IMG/VR virus record: IMGVR_UViG_3300047548_001236
Location: 62,001 to 126,000 of that record
DNA: 64,000 nucleotides
Direction: 5' to 3' (one strand)
Positions 26,307-35,918 of the stretch are shown here, one piece after another. How positions within the stretch are numbered: the first letter of the stretch is position 1; the number at the start of each line of letters is the position of its first letter. A program made the translations under genes and the position numbers. Below the pieces are notes generated by a model, which saw only the letters and a program-made list of their open reading frames with translations, did no database searches and was not told where the DNA came from.

Positions 26307-26813
26307 ATGACAACCCAACCGATAACTTACAAGTACGTTTCAACGAAAGAATACCACGACGCATTTCCTTGCGCATACCGTCAGTGGAAAGCCAACAGCC
26401 ACTGCAATTTGATTCATGGCTATTCGTTTAGCATGAAGTTTTACTTTGGAACCAACGACCTCGACGCTCGCAACTGGGCTGCCGACTATGGCGGGCTGAA
26501 AGAGCTGAAAAAGATACTCGAGGATCAATTTGATCACACGCTGCTGGTTGCAGAAGATGATCCTGAGCTTGCCTTCTATAAAGAGATGGAAAAGCGCAAG
26601 CTAGCACGACTGACTATCCTGCCGAAGCTCGGCTGTGAAAGTCTTGCAGATCAACTTTACAGATTTGTTAATGGTGTCTACATCCCCGACTACTGGGGAC
26701 CTGGTGAAGCCGAACGTCTGTGGTGCTTCCGTGTGGAAGTGAGAGAAACCTTAGCAAATATGGCGTTCCGTGAAGGACACCGCGAATGGAATGAGGACCT
26801 TTTGAATGGCTGA
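26307..26813 (+). CDS. queD: 6-carboxy-tetrahydropterin synthase
   Basis: CNLIHGY, DYGGLK, FDHTLL, VEVRET. Confidence 0.88.
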   Translation: MTTQPITYKYVSTKEYHDAFPCAYRQWKANSHCNLIHGYSFSMKFYFGTNDLDARNWAADYGGLKELKKILEDQFDHTLLVAEDDPELAFYKEMEKRKLARLTILPKLGCESLADQLYRFVNGVYIPDYWGPGEAERLWCFRVEVRETLANMAFREGHREWNEDLLNG

Positions 26814-27747
26814 TAAAGAATACGTCTACAGCGAAATATTTTACTCTATTCAGGGTGAAGCCCACTACACGGGCGTACCAACAGCGTGGGTTCGCTTCTA
26901 TCTGTGCAATTTGCAATGTGATGGTTTTGGACAGAAATTCCCTACCAAGCCCGAGACGTATGAACTGCCGTACACTGACTTCGATGCTCACAGTGTGACT
27001 CGTGTCGAAGATCTTCCTGTGTGGTCAAAGGGCTGTGACAGCTCCTATACTTGGTCTAAGAAGTTCAGACATCTAATGCATAAAGAGACGGGTGCAGTGA
27101 TTGCACAACGAATCGTTGATAGTATGAAGAATGACACCAATCCAGAAGGTTGGTTTAGACATCCGAAGAGCATGCAGCATCAGCATTTCTGTATCACTGG
27201 CGGCGAACCGTTGATGCCACATGCTCAACAGGCATTCATAGACATCTACAAGGCTTTTAAAGAAATGCCTGGTGGTCCGATTCCTGAAACCAACTTCAAC
27301 GCATCTTCCAATCTTCCTGCATCGATCACGTGGGAAACAAACGGGACACAGAAGTTGACAAACGACTTCAAACAACTTGTTGGATCTGAGTTGTTCCAAC
27401 CCGAAGCGTTTTTTTCCGTTTCGCCTAAGTTGTGGACTGTTGCTGGTGAAAAGCGTGAAAAGGCTATTCGTCCTGAGATCGTCGCGGAATACTACCAGCT
27501 TTCCAACAAAGGTCAGTTGAAGTTTGTCGTCGGTCAAACGGACGAAGAGTGGGACGAGCTGGATGAAGTTATCGAGCTGTTCCGCAAAGCAGGTGTCAAG
27601 TATCCCGTGTGGATTATGCCCGTCGGTGCACGTGAAGAAGAGCAGTTTGCAACTGCTGGGGATGTCGCTAAGAAAGCATTCCAGCGTGGCTATAACGTCT
27701 CAGGACGTATGCACGTTTATCTGTTTGGTAATGCTATTGGTACTTGA
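26806..27747 (+). CDS. queE: 7-carboxy-7-deazaguanine synthase (radical SAM)
   Basis: EIFYSIQGE, CNLQC..CDS, ITGGEPL, ETNGT, SVSPK. Confidence 0.92.
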   Translation: MADKEYVYSEIFYSIQGEAHYTGVPTAWVRFYLCNLQCDGFGQKFPTKPETYELPYTDFDAHSVTRVEDLPVWSKGCDSSYTWSKKFRHLMHKETGAVIAQRIVDSMKNDTNPEGWFRHPKSMQHQHFCITGGEPLMPHAQQAFIDIYKAFKEMPGGPIPETNFNASSNLPASITWETNGTQKLTNDFKQLVGSELFQPEAFFSVSPKLWTVAGEKREKAIRPEIVAEYYQLSNKGQLKFVVGQTDEEWDELDEVIELFRKAGVKYPVWIMPVGAREEEQFATAGDVAKKAFQRGYNVSGRMHVYLFGNAIGT

Positions 27748-27749
27748 TA

Positions 27750-28187
27750 ATGAAGTTTGATAGCAAGATTCACCTGACTTATGACGACGTTCAGTCGATG
27801 TGCCGTTATCTCGAAGACGAAATAGCACGTTTCAAGCCAGATGTGATAGTTGGAATCGTTCGTGGAGGGCTGTTACCAGCCCTCCACTTCTCCCACGCTC
27901 TTGATCGACCTCTTGTCACGATTCAGTGGCAGACTCGTGATGGTTCGAAGAGGGTTGTCGATCCACAAGTAGTTGAGATGATCCAATCCGGAAGAAATGT
28001 TGTCTTTGTTGATGATATCAACGATAGTGGAACTACATTTACACAACTCAATGAGGCATATGGTCAGCACAGCAACGTGTTCTTCGTTAGTCTCGTTGAG
28101 AAGGTGTCAAGCAGCTACAAATCAAACGTCAGTGCACTGAGAATAGATGATGCTCGGTGGATCACTTATCCTTGGGAAAAAGACTGA
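27750..28187 (+). CDS. type I phosphoribosyltransferase
   Basis: GIVRGGLLPA, VFVDDINDSGTT, WITYPWE. Confidence 0.9.
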   Translation: MKFDSKIHLTYDDVQSMCRYLEDEIARFKPDVIVGIVRGGLLPALHFSHALDRPLVTIQWQTRDGSKRVVDPQVVEMIQSGRNVVFVDDINDSGTTFTQLNEAYGQHSNVFFVSLVEKVSSSYKSNVSALRIDDARWITYPWEKD

Positions 28188-28498
28188 TGGACAAATATCA
28201 CCGCGATATGGTTCATAAAGCTGTGCAACGAGCAGCAGAGGAAATAGATGGCCGTCTACCTGAACTCGACTCTCATCCAAAAGGTCGGATTCCAATGGCT
28301 CATATCTACCAGGTGATTCAAACTGTGATGAAATGCCCTGCGCGTGAATGCGACAATGATAGACTAGATGATATACTTTCAATCATCAAGGATTGCGTTG
28401 ATCTCGTTGAGGTGATTGACGTTTCATCTAAGATCAAGCATAAATACAAGCCTCAAGCGAAGTCGTCGCCAGCTTCGCTTGAGGCGTTCTTCGAATAA
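28187..28498 (+). CDS. hypothetical protein
   Basis: SHPKGRIPMAH segment; coupled start. Confidence 0.6.
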   Translation: MDKYHRDMVHKAVQRAAEEIDGRLPELDSHPKGRIPMAHIYQVIQTVMKCPARECDNDRLDDILSIIKDCVDLVEVIDVSSKIKHKYKPQAKSSPASLEAFFE

Positions 28499-28604
28499 AC
28501 AACGAGTGTTCTGCCAGTTGTCCGTAAGGTTTTTGGCAGCCGAGAGAATGTCGGTCCTCGCTCTCCCTCCACCGACGTAAAGCTAAAATCTGAAGGAGAA
28601 ACAA

Positions 28605-29309
28605 ATGGCTAACCAACAATCAGCATCAGCACGTATCCGTTCGCGTTTGAAGAGCGAAGGAGTCCGCTTTTGGGCAAACGACAATATTGCAGACTATATC
28701 ACCGATCAGGATCGTGATGATCTGATCAAGGAGTTGACTGTCAAATTTGAAGACGTGCTCGATTCGCTGATCATCGACCGTGAGACGGATCCCAATTCCA
28801 AGGGCACCCCGAAACGCCTCGCAAAAATGTACATTAACGAGATTATGAGTGGACGTTACGAACCGTCGCCGGAAGTAACTGCATTCCCGAACGATGATGC
28901 AGAAACACGATATGGTGGCATGATTACCGTTCGCGCAGAGATCCTATCGATGTGCTCACACCATCACCAGCCTGTCAAAGGTGTATGCTATATCGGCTTG
29001 CTGCCGTCCGTCAAGGTGATCGGTCTTAGCAAGTATGCTCGTATTGCTCAGCACTGTGCTCGTCGTGGTACTTTGCAAGAGGAGCTGACTCAAACGATCG
29101 CCAATGAGATCGCTAAAGCCACGGCAACGAAAGATCTCGCCGTGTATATCCAAGCAACGCACGGCTGCTGTGAAAATCGTGGCATCATGGCTCACAGCTC
29201 TCTGACGCAGACTTGCGAGCTGCGTGGACAGTTCTTCAACCCTTCGGTTAAGAATGAGTTCCTCGACTACATCAAGATGCAACAGCAGTTTGCTGGCAAC
29301 CGCACTTAA
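28605..29309 (+). CDS. folE: GTP cyclohydrolase I
   Basis: TPKRLAKMY, SMCSHHHQP, GLSKYARI, LQEELT, HGCCENRG. Confidence 0.95.
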   Translation: MANQQSASARIRSRLKSEGVRFWANDNIADYITDQDRDDLIKELTVKFEDVLDSLIIDRETDPNSKGTPKRLAKMYINEIMSGRYEPSPEVTAFPNDDAETRYGGMITVRAEILSMCSHHHQPVKGVCYIGLLPSVKVIGLSKYARIAQHCARRGTLQEELTQTIANEIAKATATKDLAVYIQATHGCCENRGIMAHSSLTQTCELRGQFFNPSVKNEFLDYIKMQQQFAGNRT

Positions 29310-29318
29310 TTGTTGACA

Positions 29319-29364
29319 AAAATGTAAGCCTGGTGTAGTGTAAAGCTCACCAGGCTTACATTTT
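29319..29364 (+). terminator. hairpin terminator after folE overlapping a TTGACA-N17-TAGTGT promoter
   Basis: AATGTAAGCCTGGTG/CACCAGGCTTACATT 15-bp stem. Confidence 0.7.
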
Positions 29365-29372
29365 AGGAGTAT

Positions 29373-29606
29373 ATGATGAAACTACGTGACATGAGCGAAG
29401 AAGCTAAGCAAGTGTGGACTGCTCAAACCGCCGAAGAAAAGCGCCAACTGCTGTTGCAGATGGTTGCTGGTTTTGCCTCGAAAGGCAAGAACGATAAGAA
29501 CCTGAAAAATTTCCGCACTGCAATCAATGAAGCTCGGTCAACTCGTGACCTTGATAAAATTGCTGCGCAGCTTGCACTTTTTCCGACAGACCGCGTTGTC
29601 AAATAA
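29373..29606 (+). CDS. hypothetical protein
   Basis: 77-aa ORF with AGGAG RBS. Confidence 0.6.
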   Translation: MMKLRDMSEEAKQVWTAQTAEEKRQLLLQMVAGFASKGKNDKNLKNFRTAINEARSTRDLDKIAAQLALFPTDRVVK

Positions 29607-29651
29607 CGCGGTCTGAACGAAGATACTATCGACACCACAAGGAATACATAC

Positions 29652-29906
29652 ATGACTGGTTATATCGGAAACGCTGCTGACGCCGCTCAACAGATTGTAG
29701 ATGATTATGTAGGTAATGGAGTGTATGCTGCTCGCTATGCAATGGCGCATAGCTATGGGGTTGTCAGTTGTACTCACTGCAAAGATTGTGGTGAGGAGAT
29801 TCCTGAGGCACGTCGTCGTGTCGTTCCAGGAGTCAAATTCTGCGTCGAGTGCCAAGATGAACATATGGTATCTCGACGTGTAAAAATGTTAACAAAAATG
29901 TTGTGA
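29652..29906 (+). CDS. TraR/DksA C4 zinc-finger protein
   Basis: CKDCGEEIPEARRRVVPGVKFCVECQ. Confidence 0.9.
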   Translation: MTGYIGNAADAAQQIVDDYVGNGVYAARYAMAHSYGVVSCTHCKDCGEEIPEARRRVVPGVKFCVECQDEHMVSRRVKMLTKML

Positions 29907-29919
29907 AAGGAGTCACACA

Positions 29920-30747
29920 ATGAGCAATGCTATTACCACCCAAGAATATATCGTCAAATCCATATGCGCATGGAAAGGCTGGGCGGCCGAACCTTTGCGC
30001 GATTATATCAGATTCACCAAACAAGGTTGGAATAAAACATATTCCGGCATTGCTCATGCTGTTGCTGACAATGGTATGATCTATATTGATTCTGAACGTT
30101 TGTATCGAGCAAAAACAGATCGCGTCTTCTTCGCTGACATCAAGCGTAGCAAGTTGTTCTGGTGCAATCGAAGTGACCTGCAAAAATTCCTGGCGAAGGG
30201 AAAAAGTGTTATCGACACCTTGGGGAACTTGCCCAAGTTCATGTCGAAGGGTGATGGGTGGAGACAAACGGTCCACAATAACGATAGTAAGCCGGCTGTC
30301 GTCGAAACGATTATCGTTAACGACACAAATGAACGTGACAAGGAAGCTGTGATTGCTCCCAAGTTTAAAAAGGTCGTCAACCGCATCTTTGTTCAATTCG
30401 AGAAAGAAGGTGTACACAAGTACCCTGCTGCACTTACCGATCCCAAGCTGGCAACTGGTGGTTGGGATGATGTTAGCTTCCTCGGCTATCCTCACCGTCA
30501 TGTGTTCAAGTTCCGTGTAGAGATTGAAGTGTTTCACGAAGACCGTGACATTGAGTTCATTCAGTTCAAGCGTTGGCTGGAGAATCTTTACAACGATGGC
30601 ACTTTACAGCTCGACTACCGCAGCTGTGAAATGATCTCGGATGAACTCGCTGAAAAGATCAACGATAGGTACCCAGGACGGAAAATTCACATCCAAGTTT
30701 CCGAAGATGGTGAAAACGGATCTGTAGCAGTGTACATTCCTGCTTAA
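29920..30747 (+). CDS. T-fold (QueD-like) domain protein with unknown N-terminal domain
   Basis: C-terminal PHRHVFKFRVEIEV..DRDIEFI..SCEMI..VSEDGENG. Confidence 0.6.
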   Translation: MSNAITTQEYIVKSICAWKGWAAEPLRDYIRFTKQGWNKTYSGIAHAVADNGMIYIDSERLYRAKTDRVFFADIKRSKLFWCNRSDLQKFLAKGKSVIDTLGNLPKFMSKGDGWRQTVHNNDSKPAVVETIIVNDTNERDKEAVIAPKFKKVVNRIFVQFEKEGVHKYPAALTDPKLATGGWDDVSFLGYPHRHVFKFRVEIEVFHEDRDIEFIQFKRWLENLYNDGTLQLDYRSCEMISDELAEKINDRYPGRKIHIQVSEDGENGSVAVYIPA

Positions 30748-30756
30748 TCGATGGAC

Positions 30757-30796
30757 AAGGGCGTTGCAAAAGCAGCGCCCTTATTCTATATAAATA
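30757..30796 (+). terminator. terminator followed by late promoter TATAAATA
   Basis: GGGCGTTGC-AAAA-GCAGCGCCC-TTATT; TATAAATA at 30789-30796. Confidence 0.7.
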
Positions 30797-30832
30797 GCAT
30801 TACAGCAATTAACACACCATAGGGAGTCTGTA

Positions 30833-31681
30833 ATGAAAACCTTCGCACAACTTCGTGAAGAAACATCCTCGTACGATCAGCATAAGAAGCGCGTGCAAAA
30901 GATCCAGAAGGGGTCGGAAGTTTCTTTTACAAGCGCCAAGACTGGCAAGAAAGTAACTGGAACCTACAAAGGTCTCAAGCAGATGGGCGGTCGTTCATAT
31001 GCTCACGTTGAGCATGGTGACGGAGCAACTTATGTTCCCGTACACCAGATTCACGAATCGACACAGCTGATCGGCGAAGCAACAGCCGATGTTCATAAGA
31101 AACGTGTACAAAAGATCGCAAAAGGTTCAAAAGTATCTTTCACACACGCGACTTCCGGCAAGAAGATTTCTGGTACGTACCAAGGAATCAAGCGCATGGG
31201 TGGTCGTTCCTACGCTCATGTTGAGCACAAGGGCGGAGCTACATACGTTCCGTTCCGTGACATCCACGAGTCTGCTAATATGATTGTCGAGAATGTAGAA
31301 GACGACCATTCTCAAGCACGTAGCGATTTTACCCACTTGATTTCTCATATTGGTCCTTCCAGTCGTGCAAAGTTCATTAATCACCTGCACAGCGCTCAGG
31401 AGGCATTTGACGATGGTTATCAACAGGATGACGATGATCAAATGTACGGTGCTCTTGGTGACATGGAAGAACTGAACAACACAATGAAACAGCGCACTGG
31501 TATCGATCGAATTGAAGATACTCATCTTGGGAAACTGACGCAACATACAGACCTGGCACATAACCGCGCTGGCGAAGATTTTCACGAAGATATGTTGGAT
31601 GCTATTGACATGAAAGACCATGCCGCTCTTGACAATCACGTCAATAATCTACACGCATATATCAAGCAACACAATCTGTAA
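30833..31681 (+). CDS. putative internal head protein with capsid-targeting sequence and tandem repeat
   Basis: MKTFAQLREE; two ~58-aa repeats HKKRVQKI.KGS.VSFT...MGGRSYAHVEH. Confidence 0.75.
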   Translation: MKTFAQLREETSSYDQHKKRVQKIQKGSEVSFTSAKTGKKVTGTYKGLKQMGGRSYAHVEHGDGATYVPVHQIHESTQLIGEATADVHKKRVQKIAKGSKVSFTHATSGKKISGTYQGIKRMGGRSYAHVEHKGGATYVPFRDIHESANMIVENVEDDHSQARSDFTHLISHIGPSSRAKFINHLHSAQEAFDDGYQQDDDDQMYGALGDMEELNNTMKQRTGIDRIEDTHLGKLTQHTDLAHNRAGEDFHEDMLDAIDMKDHAALDNHVNNLHAYIKQHNL

Positions 31682-31711
31682 AAGCTTGACTTTTCAATAA
31701 GTTAGTATACA

Positions 31712-31746
31712 GTGGTTGGTAGGGTAGTTCCTACCAACCACTTTTT
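31712..31746 (+). terminator. Rho-independent terminator
   Basis: GTGGTTGGTAGGG-TAGT-TCCTACCAACCAC-TTTTT. Confidence 0.8.
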
Positions 31747-31763
31747 TAATCATGGAGTATTTG

Positions 31764-32621
31764 ATGACTGAATTTTGTCATATCAGCCCAACCCCTCACC
31801 TCAACGACTTTGCCTCCCAACGTAAATCTCATCTTGTTCTCGCTCACCTGATCGAAGAGGATGATAACTACACGCAGTGGTATCAACACGAAAAGTTGAC
31901 CAACCCTTTGACCACGTTGATCATGGATAACTCAGCGTTTGAAATGTACAAGCAAGGCCGTCCGATGTATCCATCGGAAAACCTGATCGAGATGGGCACT
32001 CGAGTCAAAGCAGACTACATCGTCATGTCTGACTATCCAGCAGAACCTGGGCAAAAAACAATCGACAAAGCAATCGAAATGGCTCCTGAACTGCGCGCAG
32101 CAGGATTCGGGACGTTCTTCGTTCCTCAATCCGTTATCGGTGATTTGGATGATCTGATTGAGGGATTTCGTTGGGCAAGCACTGCCAAAGAGGTTGATTA
32201 CATTGGTGTGTCTATCCTCGCGATTCCAAATGCATATGGAGTCGAGAAGGGTAACAAGCTGCAGAGATTCCTGTCGCGTTGGGCTTTTATGCACCGACTG
32301 CAGCATGAGGGAATCCTTGAGACGATCAAACACAACGGCAAGAAGATCCACTTTCTCGGTATGGTTGATGGCCCCAATGAAGTGATTCTCGTTAAGGATT
32401 TCCTCCCATATATCAACACCTGGGATAGCTCTGCAGCTGTGTGGGCTGGGTTGAATGGGATTGCGTTCGATAACTCGCCTTCGGGTCTGATCAACGGCAA
32501 GTTCGAGAAAGAAGTTGAGTTTGACCTGCACGTCGAGGACAATAACCTGATCAAGCTGGCACATAAAAACTGCCGGTATATTGATATGTGTATTCGCGAA
32601 AGTATGAAAGGTAACAATTGA
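31764..32621 (+). CDS. TGT-like TIM-barrel, putative DpdA-family 7-deazaguanine DNA transglycosylase
   Basis: LIMDNSAFE, IHFLG, TWDSS motifs echo TGT DSGGF/H.LG/DS; context of queD/queE/folE. Confidence 0.65.
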   Translation: MTEFCHISPTPHLNDFASQRKSHLVLAHLIEEDDNYTQWYQHEKLTNPLTTLIMDNSAFEMYKQGRPMYPSENLIEMGTRVKADYIVMSDYPAEPGQKTIDKAIEMAPELRAAGFGTFFVPQSVIGDLDDLIEGFRWASTAKEVDYIGVSILAIPNAYGVEKGNKLQRFLSRWAFMHRLQHEGILETIKHNGKKIHFLGMVDGPNEVILVKDFLPYINTWDSSAAVWAGLNGIAFDNSPSGLINGKFEKEVEFDLHVEDNNLIKLAHKNCRYIDMCIRESMKGNN

Positions 32622-32911
32622 TGCGTGACGACATTAAGTACAAATACCGTGAGGATAAGATACTTGACGAGTTGTCCAAGTATATCGAGTCCACTTACAA
32701 GGCTCATTACGCTTCTGAGGAAGAAGATATTCAGACTGTTGATGTGTGGAAGTCTCTAGGGATTGAGAAAGAAAGCTGCCAATCAAACGTCATCAAGTAT
32801 GCAATGAGATATGGCAAGAAAGACGGGATGAACAAGAAGGATCTTCTCAAGATCATGCACTATACGATTCTGTGGTGGCACTTCACGCAAAAGGGAGATG
32901 ATAAGCAATGA
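32621..32911 (+). CDS. DUF3310-like protein (putative nucleotide kinase family)
   Basis: HY...NVIKYAMRYGKKDG..KDLLKIMHY. Confidence 0.7.
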   Translation: MRDDIKYKYREDKILDELSKYIESTYKAHYASEEEDIQTVDVWKSLGIEKESCQSNVIKYAMRYGKKDGMNKKDLLKIMHYTILWWHFTQKGDDKQ

Positions 32912-33408
32912 GCATGATACACATAGCATCCAGCCACACAAACAGCACCGCGACAGCTATTCAGTCGCAAGATGTTCAACCAAACGCAATCGATCTTCGT
33001 TTGAAGAAAGTATTTCAAATTAGCTCGGACGATGTTTTTTCGATCGACGAGAAACACAAGAAGCACCGCGCAACAATTGAACTCCAGCCCGACGAAAATG
33101 GTTACTTCAATCTCTCACCTGGGCACTATGAAGTGGTGATGGAGAATGAAGTCAATATCGGCGCTGGCGAAGCAGGATGGGTAATCACTCGATCCACTCT
33201 CAATCGCAACGGTGTGTTCATTACTTCTGGCCTCTACGACAGTGGTTACAACGGTGTTGTGGCTGGTGTGATGCACGTCAACGTTGGTCAGATGAGAGTT
33301 CAAGTTGGGACTCGCGTTGCTCAATTCCTTCTGTTCAAGGCAGAAGCTCTTTATTCGTACGATGGTGATTACGGTAAAGGCAAAGCCCACGACGAGAAGT
33401 ATAAATAA
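32908..33408 (+). CDS. dCTP deaminase / trimeric dUTPase-family protein
   Basis: PNAIDLR, TRSTLNRNG, GLYDSGY, RVAQ. Confidence 0.8.
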   Translation: MSMIHIASSHTNSTATAIQSQDVQPNAIDLRLKKVFQISSDDVFSIDEKHKKHRATIELQPDENGYFNLSPGHYEVVMENEVNIGAGEAGWVITRSTLNRNGVFITSGLYDSGYNGVVAGVMHVNVGQMRVQVGTRVAQFLLFKAEALYSYDGDYGKGKAHDEKYK

Positions 33409-34061
33409 TGGCAGACAAGAGACAGAACAACGACCTTATCATCGATTTTGAGACGATGGGTCAGAATGAAAGTAACTGCGCGGTCGTTGATTGCGCAGCC
33501 CTGTTCTTCGATTGGAAGAAATTCACCAGTAACAAACCTTACTCGTTTGAGCAGCTACTGTCGATGACTCGTCGGTTCAAACTCAACGTCAAACATCAGG
33601 TCGTTGATCACGGCTCGGTTGTTGAACCCGAAACTGTTCAGTTTTGGCAAACCACTGATCCTGAAACAAGAGCAAGGATTGTGCCACAGAAGGATGATTT
33701 GACAGTCGATCAGTTTACCTCGCAGTTTATTGAAATGCTGGCCAACAACAAAAAGGTTGACTACTGGTGGTCTCGATCAAACAACTTTGACCCGCCGATC
33801 ATCTGGCGTCTGATGAGACAGTCTAAGCGTTATCACGATTTCAATCAGTACGTGATGTTCCACAGACTTCGAGATGTAAGAACATACATCGACGCAAAGT
33901 TTGACTTCGAGACCGTGAATGGGTTCATTCCAATTGCTGATGAGCAGTATTGGAACAACACTTTCAAACCCCACAACAGTCAACATGATGTTGTTGCTGA
34001 TGTCTTACGTCTTCAAGCAATAACTCGAGCAGAAAATGAAATGGAGCAAGTTACAAGATGA
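33408..34061 (+). CDS. dexA: DexA-like 3'-5' exonuclease (DEDD)
   Basis: IIDFET, WSRSNNFD, RDVRT, HNSQHDV. Confidence 0.8.
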   Translation: MADKRQNNDLIIDFETMGQNESNCAVVDCAALFFDWKKFTSNKPYSFEQLLSMTRRFKLNVKHQVVDHGSVVEPETVQFWQTTDPETRARIVPQKDDLTVDQFTSQFIEMLANNKKVDYWWSRSNNFDPPIIWRLMRQSKRYHDFNQYVMFHRLRDVRTYIDAKFDFETVNGFIPIADEQYWNNTFKPHNSQHDVVADVLRLQAITRAENEMEQVTR

Positions 34062-34969
34062 AACTAGAAGTGACAACCGAAGAGCTTCGAAAGTACTCGA
34101 TATTTGTCGGCACCCCAATGTATGGCGGATCGTGCGATGGTCTGTTCTGCAAATCAACCAACGAGCTGGCGACTCTTTGCACACAACACGGAATCTCGCT
34201 GAGATTCTACTATCTTTTCAATGAGAGCTTGATCCAACGAGCTCGGAACTACGTCGTTGATGAATTTCTCAGATCAGATGCAACACATTTGATGTTCATC
34301 GACGCAGACATTGGTTTTCGCGCTTCTGACGTGTTGTCGTTGCTCGCAATCCAAACGTCATATCCTGACAAGTATGACATTCTGACGGCTCCATATCCGA
34401 AAAAGACTATTGCGTGGGAAAAGATCAAGCAAGCTGTCGAAAGAGGGTTTGGCGAGAATCCATTCGATCTTGCAGAATTTGCTGCCGACTATGTGTTCAA
34501 TCCGCTTCCCGGAATTCTCGAATTTAGACTTGACGAACCGGTTGGGGTATCGGAAGCTGGAACAGGATTCATGCTGATTCCTCGATCTGCTTTTGAGAAG
34601 TACGAGCAAGCATATCCTCAATATAAGTACAAGCCTGATCATGTTAGAACTGCAAACTTTGACGGCTCACGTGAAATCATGGCTTACTTCGATTGCCAGA
34701 TAGATCCAGAATCTAAGCGATACCTGTCCGAAGACTACTTCTTCTGCAGAAACGCGGGTAAGATTGGGATCAAAACACATATGTGTCCTTGGATGAATCT
34801 CGTTCACGTTGGATCATATGTGTACCGTGGGTCGATGCCTGCGATGGCATCGCTGGGTGTTACACCAACAGCTGATGTCAAGTCTAACGCAAAGGCGTAC
34901 AAGAGCATTCCCGTTCCTGTGAAGAATGATCTTCCAAAGAAAAAGACAATCCGCGGCTTCCGACCCTGA
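34058..34969 (+). CDS. GT-A-fold glycosyltransferase-like protein
   Basis: GTPMYGG, ESLIQRARN, FIDAD (DxD), SEDYFFC, HVG. Confidence 0.65.
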   Translation: MKLEVTTEELRKYSIFVGTPMYGGSCDGLFCKSTNELATLCTQHGISLRFYYLFNESLIQRARNYVVDEFLRSDATHLMFIDADIGFRASDVLSLLAIQTSYPDKYDILTAPYPKKTIAWEKIKQAVERGFGENPFDLAEFAADYVFNPLPGILEFRLDEPVGVSEAGTGFMLIPRSAFEKYEQAYPQYKYKPDHVRTANFDGSREIMAYFDCQIDPESKRYLSEDYFFCRNAGKIGIKTHMCPWMNLVHVGSYVYRGSMPAMASLGVTPTADVKSNAKAYKSIPVPVKNDLPKKKTIRGFRP

Positions 34970-34991
34970 GAACAACCCATAAGGAGTTATT

Positions 34992-35657
34992 ATGAAATTT
35001 TCTGACAAGACGTTGACTGTTCTCAAGAACTTTGCTTCGATTAACCCCTCGCTGCTGTTCAAACCTGGACAACAGCTAAGGACCATCAGTCCTCAAAAGA
35101 CAGTCGTTGCGATAGCAACTATCGATGATGTCATTCCTGCTCAAGCGTGTGTATACGACATATCTCGTTTCTTGTCTGTATACGGTCTGTATTCCGATCC
35201 AGATATTGCATTCGAAGACAAGAACTTCATCATTGCGCAAGGCAAGCAACGTACTAAATACGTATTTGCAGATCCGTCGATGGTGATTGCACCGCCTGAC
35301 AAAGACATCAAGCTCGCATCCGAAGATGTTAGAGTGAAGGTGCAGTGGAACGATCTGCAAACTGTCATCAAGGCGTCTGGTGTTCTTCAACTGCCTGAGA
35401 TTGCATTTCAAGGTGCAAATGGTGTCTGCACTCTTCGTGCTGTTGACAGCAGCAACCCTACTGCTGATACTTTTGGGATTGAATTGGGCGCAACGTCCGA
35501 CACATTCCAAATGATCATCAAGACGGAATACTTCAAGTTGATTCCGAACGATTATCAAGTAACCTTGAGTTCCAAGGGAATTTCACTATTCGAAGCTCCC
35601 GACATTCGCTACTACTTAGCAATTGAATCTAAGTCTACCTACAGAAAAGGAGAATAA
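34992..35657 (+). CDS. sliding clamp gp45
   Basis: MKFSDKTLTVLKNFASINPSL, IYDISRFL, YVFADPS. Confidence 0.93.
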   Translation: MKFSDKTLTVLKNFASINPSLLFKPGQQLRTISPQKTVVAIATIDDVIPAQACVYDISRFLSVYGLYSDPDIAFEDKNFIIAQGKQRTKYVFADPSMVIAPPDKDIKLASEDVRVKVQWNDLQTVIKASGVLQLPEIAFQGANGVCTLRAVDSSNPTADTFGIELGATSDTFQMIIKTEYFKLIPNDYQVTLSSKGISLFEAPDIRYYLAIESKSTYRKGE

Positions 35658-35660
35658 ACT

Positions 35661-35861
35661 ATGAACCAACTGACCATTCAGGACCTCGCCATTGTTGTCA
35701 ACCTGATCGATGCGTGTGTCGAGCGCGGGTCTTTCAAGGGCAATGAGATCTACAACGTTGGCCAACTGCGTGAGAAACTGGCATCGATCGTAATCGCTGC
35801 TCAAAAGGCTGCAGAGCAAGAAGGCGGCGTTGAAACGTTCGAACCTACGGCTGGAGAGTAA
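35661..35861 (+). CDS. small hypothetical protein
   Basis: IDACVERGSFKGNE; between gp45 and gp44. Confidence 0.65.
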   Translation: MNQLTIQDLAIVVNLIDACVERGSFKGNEIYNVGQLREKLASIVIAAQKAAEQEGGVETFEPTAGE

Positions 35862-35874
35862 TCTCCAGCCTTTT
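35849..35874 (+). terminator. Rho-independent terminator
   Basis: GGCTGGAGA-GTAA-TCTCCAGCC-TTTT. Confidence 0.8.
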
Positions 35875-35918
35875 CCACCTACCACTGAAACAGATCTATA
35901 AAGAGGATCAACTATATT

